64,000 nt of DNA from Chrysemys picta bellii (Eukaryota), in NCBI RefSeq assembly GCF_011386835.1, contig NC_088807.1, forward strand, positions 3,348,001-3,412,000, given 5' to 3'. This document shows, piece after piece, positions 57,930-64,000 of the stretch; the first letter of the stretch is position 1, and each line of letters begins with the position of its first letter. The position numbers and the translations under genes are program-made. The notes under the pieces were generated by a model. That model had not been told where the DNA came from. It worked only from the letters and a program-made list of their open reading frames with translations, and did not search any database.

Positions 57930-60900
57930 GTGAGGCTGTCGGGGCCCCGTCTCCAGGCTGGGGGACCTGGGGGGAGGCTGGGAGCCCAGCTCCATGGGGT
58001 TATTAATGTTTATATTATTGGGCCTGGGGTCCCCAGCTCTGGGAGGAGAGTGGGGTCTAGTGGTTAGAGCAGGTGAGGGCTGGGAGCCAGGACTCCTGGC
58101 ATCTCCCAGCTCTGGGAGGGGAGTGGGGTCTAGTGGTTAGAGCAGGGGGCTGGGAGCCAGGACTCCTGGGATCTCTCCCCAGCTCTGGGAGGGGAGTGGG
58201 GTCTAGTGGTTAGAGCAGGGGAGGGCTGGGAGCCAGGACTCCTGGGTTCTATCCCAGCTCTGGGAGGGGAGTGGGGTCTAGTGGTTAGAGCAAGGGGGCT
58301 GGGAGCCAGGACTCCTGAGTTCTATCCCCAGCCCTGGGAGGGGAGTGGGGTCTAGTGGTTGGGGGTGGGGGGGCTGGGAGCCAGGACTCCTGGGTTCTAT
58401 CCCAGCTCAGGCAGTGACCACTTTGTCTCGCTTCAAGTGAGTCCCTTCCCCTCTCTGTGTCTCAGTTCCTGCAAACTGCAAACACTTCCCTGTCTCAGTT
58501 CCAGGGTGTTGGTGAGATGGGGGAAGGTTGAATCAGTTTCCCAGGCAGATCCAGCTCCTTGGAAACCAGGGTCTGGTTCCGGGCCTGGCCACAGGCCCAT
58601 CCGGAGGGTCGGAGCCAGAGGATGGAGCTGGAGCTGGGTAGGAGTGGATGGAACCGGCTCTGTGTGGAATTGGCCCTCGTAGCACCTAGACAGAGCCGGT
58701 GTGGGGAGCGGGCCGGCGTCCCGGGGAGGACTCGGGCTCTGAGCGCTCACCGGGCTGTTCTAACCCTGGCAGGCGACCCCACCGCCATGACCGTCACCTG
58801 GACGACCTTCCACCGGGCCGGCTCCATCGTGGAGTTCGGCCCAGAGCCGGGCGAGGTCTTCACCACCTCCGCCAAGGGCCACGCCAGCCGGTTCGTGGAC
58901 GGCGGGTGGTTGCGCCGCAGCATGTTCATCCACCGGGTCACCCTGCGGGGCCTGGCCCCCGGGCAGCGCTACGGTGAGTGGGGGCCCGGCCGCGGCTCCT
59001 CTCCTGGCAGTGGGCGGGGGCCCGGCGCACTGCAGACTTCATCCGCACCGAGTCACCAGATGAGGGACAGAGACACGGGGGCAGGGCTGGAGAACGGGCT
59101 GCACACGGGAAGGGGAGACCTGGGGACACGCACTGATGGGGGCGGGGGCGCCCTGATGCCTCGTCACGCTCACACGTGCCCCGACACACGCACACGCCCA
59201 GCCACACGCGCACGCACTGAGAGGTGGGGCACACACTCAAGCCCAGTGTCACCCAGCAATATCCACCATCACCAGGGCCAAATCTGCGTTGGGCCCAAAT
59301 ACACCCCAACCCCGAGCACTCAGCCCCCCCACACACACACACATGGCAGGGGGCTATGGTGACCAGATGTCCTGATTTTAAAGGGATAGTCCCGATTTTT
59401 GGGTCTTTTTCTTATATAGGCTCCTATTACCCCCCACACCCTGTCTCGATTTTTCACACTTGCTGTCTGGTCACCCTACAGGCCTCTGAGTCTTTCCCTG
59501 CTCTTCCCCTGTAGCTTATCGCTGCGGGAGCCCCCTGGGCTGGAGCCGGGTCTATGGCTTCCGGGCTCTGCAGAATGGCACCGACTGGAGCCCGCGTCTC
59601 GCTGTCTTTGGTGACATGGGGAACATCAACCCCCAGTCCCTGCCCAGGCTCCAGCGCGACACGCAGCAGGACATGTACGACGTGATCCTGCACGTAGGTC
59701 GGTGTCACGCCGCGCTTCCCCCAGGTTCCTGGGATCGGGGCTGGAGAAGGGACGGGCTCAGGGGGCGGGGATGGGACACGGGGCTTTTTCCTCTAGGGGG
59801 CGCTGGTGATCCCTCCCCAGGGCAGGAGACTGGCTGGCTCAAGGGTCGGGGAATGGGACATGTGGCCTTTCCCCTTTAGGGGGCGCTGGTCATCTGGTCC
59901 CAGGGCAGGGACTGGCTGGCTCAGGGGGCGGGGATGGGACACGGGGCCTTTTCCCTCTAGGGGGCGCCAGCTCCCATCCCATCCATGTCAGGAATGACCG
60001 ACAGTCATCCCCATCTTGTGACCCGTTGGTGCCCCCTGGAATGAACTCGCTGGGTCCGTGTCCAGGGCCCACGTCCCCCAAAGTACCGCTAGGGGCACTA
60101 ACTGCCCCCCTTGTTGGGGATCTCAATTTAAGGAGCGCCCCTCTCCCCTCCAGAGATTAGGGCAGGATTCAGGGGCATCAAGCCAGCACTGTTGGCTTAA
60201 TAATGGGGGGGGGGGGGTAACCCCCAATCTGGGTAAAATCTCCCCCAGGCCACCCCCTGCCCCCAGGGCAGAGCAGCCGATTCACTGTGATCCTCTTGTC
60301 TTTCCCAGGGGATTTTGCCTATGACATGGACCAGGTAAATTCTGTAGCCGCGCTGCCTCCCGCGCCTTCCCTTCTCCGGCTGCGCCCCATCCTGCTCCCC
60401 TCCATGTTCGGGGGGCTGGCCCCGCTCGCTGGCGTCTCTGCGGTGGAGATCCAGGGCCGACGTCGGGAGGGGTCCCCCCGGAGAAGGGGCCGTGTGCTCA
60501 GCTCCAAGGGTTTCTGGGCCCCCATGAATGCACGTCCACCTGTGTGCGTCCCCACCCGGCCTGGTCGGGTATCTCTCCCCCGCGTGTCTCATGGACTCAG
60601 CGAGGTTGACAAAGCTGCCCCAGCCCTGGAGCTAACCCAACTGGCAGAGGCTGGCACGTGGGTTTGATTCCCGTACACGGCGACTGGCCCAGGAGGCCGG
60701 TATTCTGAGCCCAGGCCCATGGGAGATTGGAGCTGCCTTGGGACGTGCCAGGGAGCTGTGTCGCCTACGATGGGAATTGAAGCAACAACGGTAGGCGGGT
60801 TGGGCCCGTCCACCCCACCTCCCATCCTTGCCCTGGTGGCCATGTATGCAAACCCACACGCGTGTTGCATTTGCACACAGATCTGCCCACCCACTTCTAT

Positions 60901-63900
60901 GCACGTGGCCCTACAGTCCCCCGGGGTACACACAGCCCCCAGGCATGTAAATGCGCTCCGAGGGTGCAGCGTTCCCGGGCGCCTCGGCTGATGCGACTCT
61001 CTCTGGGGTGTAGTGTAACGCCAGGGTCGGAGACGCCTTCATGCGCAAGATCGAGCCCGTTGCCGCCTCGGTGCCGTACATGACGTGCCCGGGGAACCAC
61101 GAGGAGAAATAGTGAGTGGGCGGATCTCGCACGGGGTGCCTATGGGCGCGACGGCTGGCTCTGCCCTTCCCTCACCTCAGCCACCCCCCAGCTCTCTCCC
61201 CTTTCCCCACCCCACACGCTGCCCGCGGATTCCCTCCCAGCCTTGGCCACTGACCTCTGCTGGGGTTTATTTGCTCCATGCTTGAACAGCGCCCCCTGTC
61301 GGACACCCGCAGGACGTGCCCCTGCAGGGAACTGCCAGAGCACCTGGCTCAGAGGGGATTTATGGGTCTATACGGCCTGATGGGATTATGGGGGAGGGGG
61401 ATTTGTTGCCCTGGGAGCCTCTCAGCCTGCAGTTGGGGCGGGGGAAGAGGTGGCGGAGCCGGAGGTGTCTCCATCTGCTCCCGGGAGAGGGGCTAGGAGA
61501 GGCAGCCTAGAGGCCAGGGTGAGGGGTGCGTAGGGATGCTTGAGATGCTGGGCTGGGAATTGGGAGGGGGGAGGGTTAAATCCATCCCCCCACACGCACC
61601 CGCTGCAGCCCCTAATTGTTCTTCCCCCCTCCCAGCAACTTCTCCAACTACCGTGCCCGATTCAGCATGCCCGGTGACACGGAGGGGCTGTGGTACAGGT
61701 GAGCACCCACCCTGGCCCCCAGGGGGCAGCGTTCCAGCCCCAGGAGCCCGACTCTGGTGGAGGTGCAGGGGGATAAGAACACCAGGGGCAGGACTCTCGG
61801 GGCCTGGCTGTGCTTGGTTAGAGTGTGGGGGGGGGGGGAGGGGGGGTTGGGTGTTCTATTCCCAGCACTGGGAGGGGAGTGGAGTGTAGTGGTTAGAGCA
61901 GGGGGGCTGGAAGCCAGGACTCCTGGGTTCTATGCCCAGCCCTGGGAGGGGAGCAGGGAGGACTGGGAGCCAGGCCTTCTGGGTTCTATTGCTGCTACTG
62001 ACTCCCTGTGTGTGTTGAGGGGCATGCTGCTTCCCCCATCGCGTGCCTCAGTTTCCCCCCAGCATAGCACAGGGCTCATCCTTTGCCCTCCCTCCCTTGT
62101 CACCGTATGATTCTGCTTCTCTGCCCCCCAGCTGGGACGTCGGCCCTGCCCACATCATCTCCTTCTCCACCGAGGTGTATTTCTACCTGAACTATGGCCG
62201 TCACCTTGTCCAGGAGCAGTACCAATGGCTAGAGAGAGACCTACAGGTAGACCCACCCCCCCCAGCCCCTAGCCCTCCTGGCTGCCCGCCCGCCCAGACT
62301 GTCTCGCTCACAGACTCTCTCTCTCCCCCTTGGCGGCAGGAGGCCACGCGGCCGGATCGGCGCCGGCGCCACCCGTGGATCATCACCATGGGGCACCGGC
62401 CCATGTACTGCTCCAACAACGACCTCGACGACTGCACGGAGCACGAGAGCATCGTGAGTGGGGCGGGGGGGGGGGGGGCGCTGCAGAGGAGGGAGGAGGA
62501 GGCTCTTGCACCCAGCGGGCAGGGGGAGGCGCGCGGGGAGCCGAGTGGGGACCGGCAGACTGATCCAGGGAGGCCGTTCCACGTGGCGGGGAGGGGGGAC
62601 CTCACTGGAGGGCCTTAGAGAGAGAATGTGGGGTAACCCGCCAGGGCCCCCTCCAGCTGCTGATTCCCCCCCCGCTGTCTTTCCCCTCAGGTTCGCCGAG
62701 GGCTCCCCCAACATCTGTACGGCCTGGAGGACCTGTTCTATAAATACGGTACCCGCTGCCCATCCCTCCAGCCTCCTCCGGCGGCGCCCCCTAGGGGGGA
62801 CCTGGGAAGCTCCCCCTGCAGGACATATGCTGGGGCTGTCAGCTGGAGCCCCGGGGCAACAGGAGGAGGGGAGGGGTGACACCAAGGCGCTTTGGGGGCT
62901 GATGGCGACCAGGACGGGCTTCTGTCACCCCCTGAGTGTCTCTGTGTCCGGCAGCCCTGGCCCAGAGCCCTGCCCCCAGCAGCCGTGGGGATGAGCCAGC
63001 CTGGGTACTGATGCAGGGGGACCCCAACGGCCCCGTCCCTCTCCCCGGACACTCCCGGACGGCAGCGACAGAGCCCACACCCCAGGGACTTCGGCCCCCC
63101 GGCACCTTTCTCAGCTCTGGCCCCGGGTGATGGACGCCCCAAAGGACTTTTCTGCTTCGATCTCCCACCGTCTACTGTCTCTGTTTCCAGCGCCGCGAAG
63201 GATTCCTGGGGGCGCAGGCTCCGTCCCCCGCCGGGCTGGTTAAGCGGCCTGCCCCCCTCCCCACCCGCTCGTTTAGCTGGATGGCTTTGGTTACTTTTTT
63301 CATTGCCCTCCGAGGTCTGGCCTGGCTCAGTTTACCCCGCAGGCCCAGGAAAGTGGGCGGCCCAGCGTTATTTTCTCTAGGGCCGGCTGGGTTTAGGTAC
63401 TGACTCGCGTAACTCCTTTCCACGCCCGTTCCCGGCCCACCTCGCTCATTCTTTCTACGCTGCCCGTACAAGGCCCAGCGGGTCCCGGTTGGTATATGAT
63501 CTCTGCCACGTGTCCTTGTAGAGACACAGATTCTGATGGCAGCATATTCGGGCAATGTGTGTTTCTTTGCCCATCCCCTGCCCAGACTCTCCCTTGATTC
63601 ACCTGGGGACTGGGCTGAGCCCCACACCCAATCTCTTAAAGGGCCGTCTCGCCCGGCGACAGGGCCCCAGGGCAGAGCACGCCTCGGCCCCCAATCCAGC
63701 CATGGGTCTAAGATCCAGTGGTCAGAGTCCTGAGCCGGTGCTGTGCTCTCTTCACCAGGTGTCGACCTAGAGCTGTGGGCCCATGAACACTCCTACGAGA
63801 GGCTGTGGCCTGTCTACAACTACCAGGTGACTCCTGATTGGCGGGTGGATGGGTGGGGGTCTCTCCGGGGTCGCTGTCCGGCCTGGTTAGGGGATTGAGT

Positions 63901-64000
63901 CCGAGATCTGAGTCTGAAACGACCCCGTCTGCTTCCCCCCACTGCAGGTCTACAACGGCAGCGCCAAATCGCCCTACACCAACCCCCGGGCGCCCGTCCA
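57833..64000 (+). CDS. ACP7: Acid phosphatase type 7 (purple acid phosphatase long form), coding exons 1-11, truncated at window end
   Basis: Exons 57833-57929, 58773-58973, 59515-59697, 60309-60334, 61014-61111, 61636-61698, 62132-62246, 62340-62453, 62691-62748, 63759-63826, 63948-64000+ in frame. Signal peptide, PEQVHLSY, and PAP metal motifs GDMG, GDFAY, GNHE, TMGH, AHEH. Confidence 0.97.
58773..58973 (+). CDS. ACP7: ACP7 coding exon 2
   Basis: 201 nt, DPTAMTVTWTT...FVDGGWLRRSMFIHRVTL. Confidence 0.95.
59355..59478. mobile_element. Short hAT MITE in an ACP7 intron
   Basis: GGTGACCAGA / TCTGGTCACCCTA termini. Confidence 0.7.
59515..59697 (+). CDS. ACP7: ACP7 coding exon 3
   Basis: 183 nt, YRCGS...PRLAVFGDMG...MYDVILHV. 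Confidence 0.95.
60309..60334 (+). CDS. ACP7: ACP7 coding exon 4 (GDFAYDMDQ)
   Basis: 26-nt exon carrying the GDxxY motif. Confidence 0.92.
61014..61111 (+). CDS. ACP7: ACP7 coding exon 5
   Basis: 98 nt, CNARVGDAFMRKIEPVAASVPYMTCPGNHEEK. Confidence 0.93.
61636..61698 (+). CDS. ACP7: ACP7 coding exon 6
   Basis: 63 nt, NFSNYRARFSMPGDTEGLWY. Confidence 0.95.
62132..62246 (+). CDS. ACP7: ACP7 coding exon 7
   Basis: 115 nt, WDVGPAHIISFSTEVYFYL...WLERDLQ. Confidence 0.95.
62340..62453 (+). CDS. ACP7: ACP7 coding exon 8
   Basis: 114 nt, PWIITMGHRPMYCSNNDLDDC. Confidence 0.95.
62691..62748 (+). CDS. ACP7: ACP7 coding exon 9
   Basis: 58 nt, VRRGLPQHLYGLEDLFYKY. Confidence 0.93.
63759..63826 (+). 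CDS. ACP7: ACP7 coding exon 10
   Basis: 68 nt, VDLELWAHEHSYERLWPVYNYQ. Confidence 0.95.
63948..64000 (+). CDS. ACP7: ACP7 coding exon 11 (partial)
   Basis: VYNGSAKSPYTNPRAPV. Confidence 0.93.

Noticed and set aside
61014-61016. Cys at the start of ACP7 exon 5 (CNARVGD, recalled human DNARVGD)
   Set aside because: Single substitution outside the five metal-binding motifs; no basis for a functional claim.

Overview
Vertebrate, GC-rich, intron-containing genomic DNA. The repeat complement (CR1 LINE 3' ends, tRNA-derived SINEs, hAT MITEs, Penelope-like hairpins) points to a reptile, most likely a turtle; the species call is inference. The window is syntenic with the human 19q13.2 block SARS2-MRPS12-FBXO17/FBXO27-ACP7. 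Left to right: SARS2 coding exons 1-10 (minus strand, 3' end outside the window); a complete MRPS12 (minus strand, so tandem with SARS2 rather than head-to-head as in human and mouse); three tandemly duplicated FBXO17/27-like F-box/FBA lectin genes (minus strand, ~11-13 kb units, all five coding exons in frame in each); and ACP7 coding exons 1-11 (plus strand, truncated by the window end). The most interesting part is the FBA cluster. The paralogues differ mostly in predicted sugar-binding loops, and one has lost the conserved pocket Trp. Another carries a ~215-aa Q/E/R-rich repeat in exon 1, preceded by a truncated myristoylatable F-box fragment that could be a uORF or could be spliced in frame around the repeat. 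An inverted, frameshifted copy of its 5' end lies next to it. Most long ORFs in the supplied track are GC-rich or repeat-derived shadows. All exon boundaries were read by eye from GT-AG sites and recalled homology; no database search was run.
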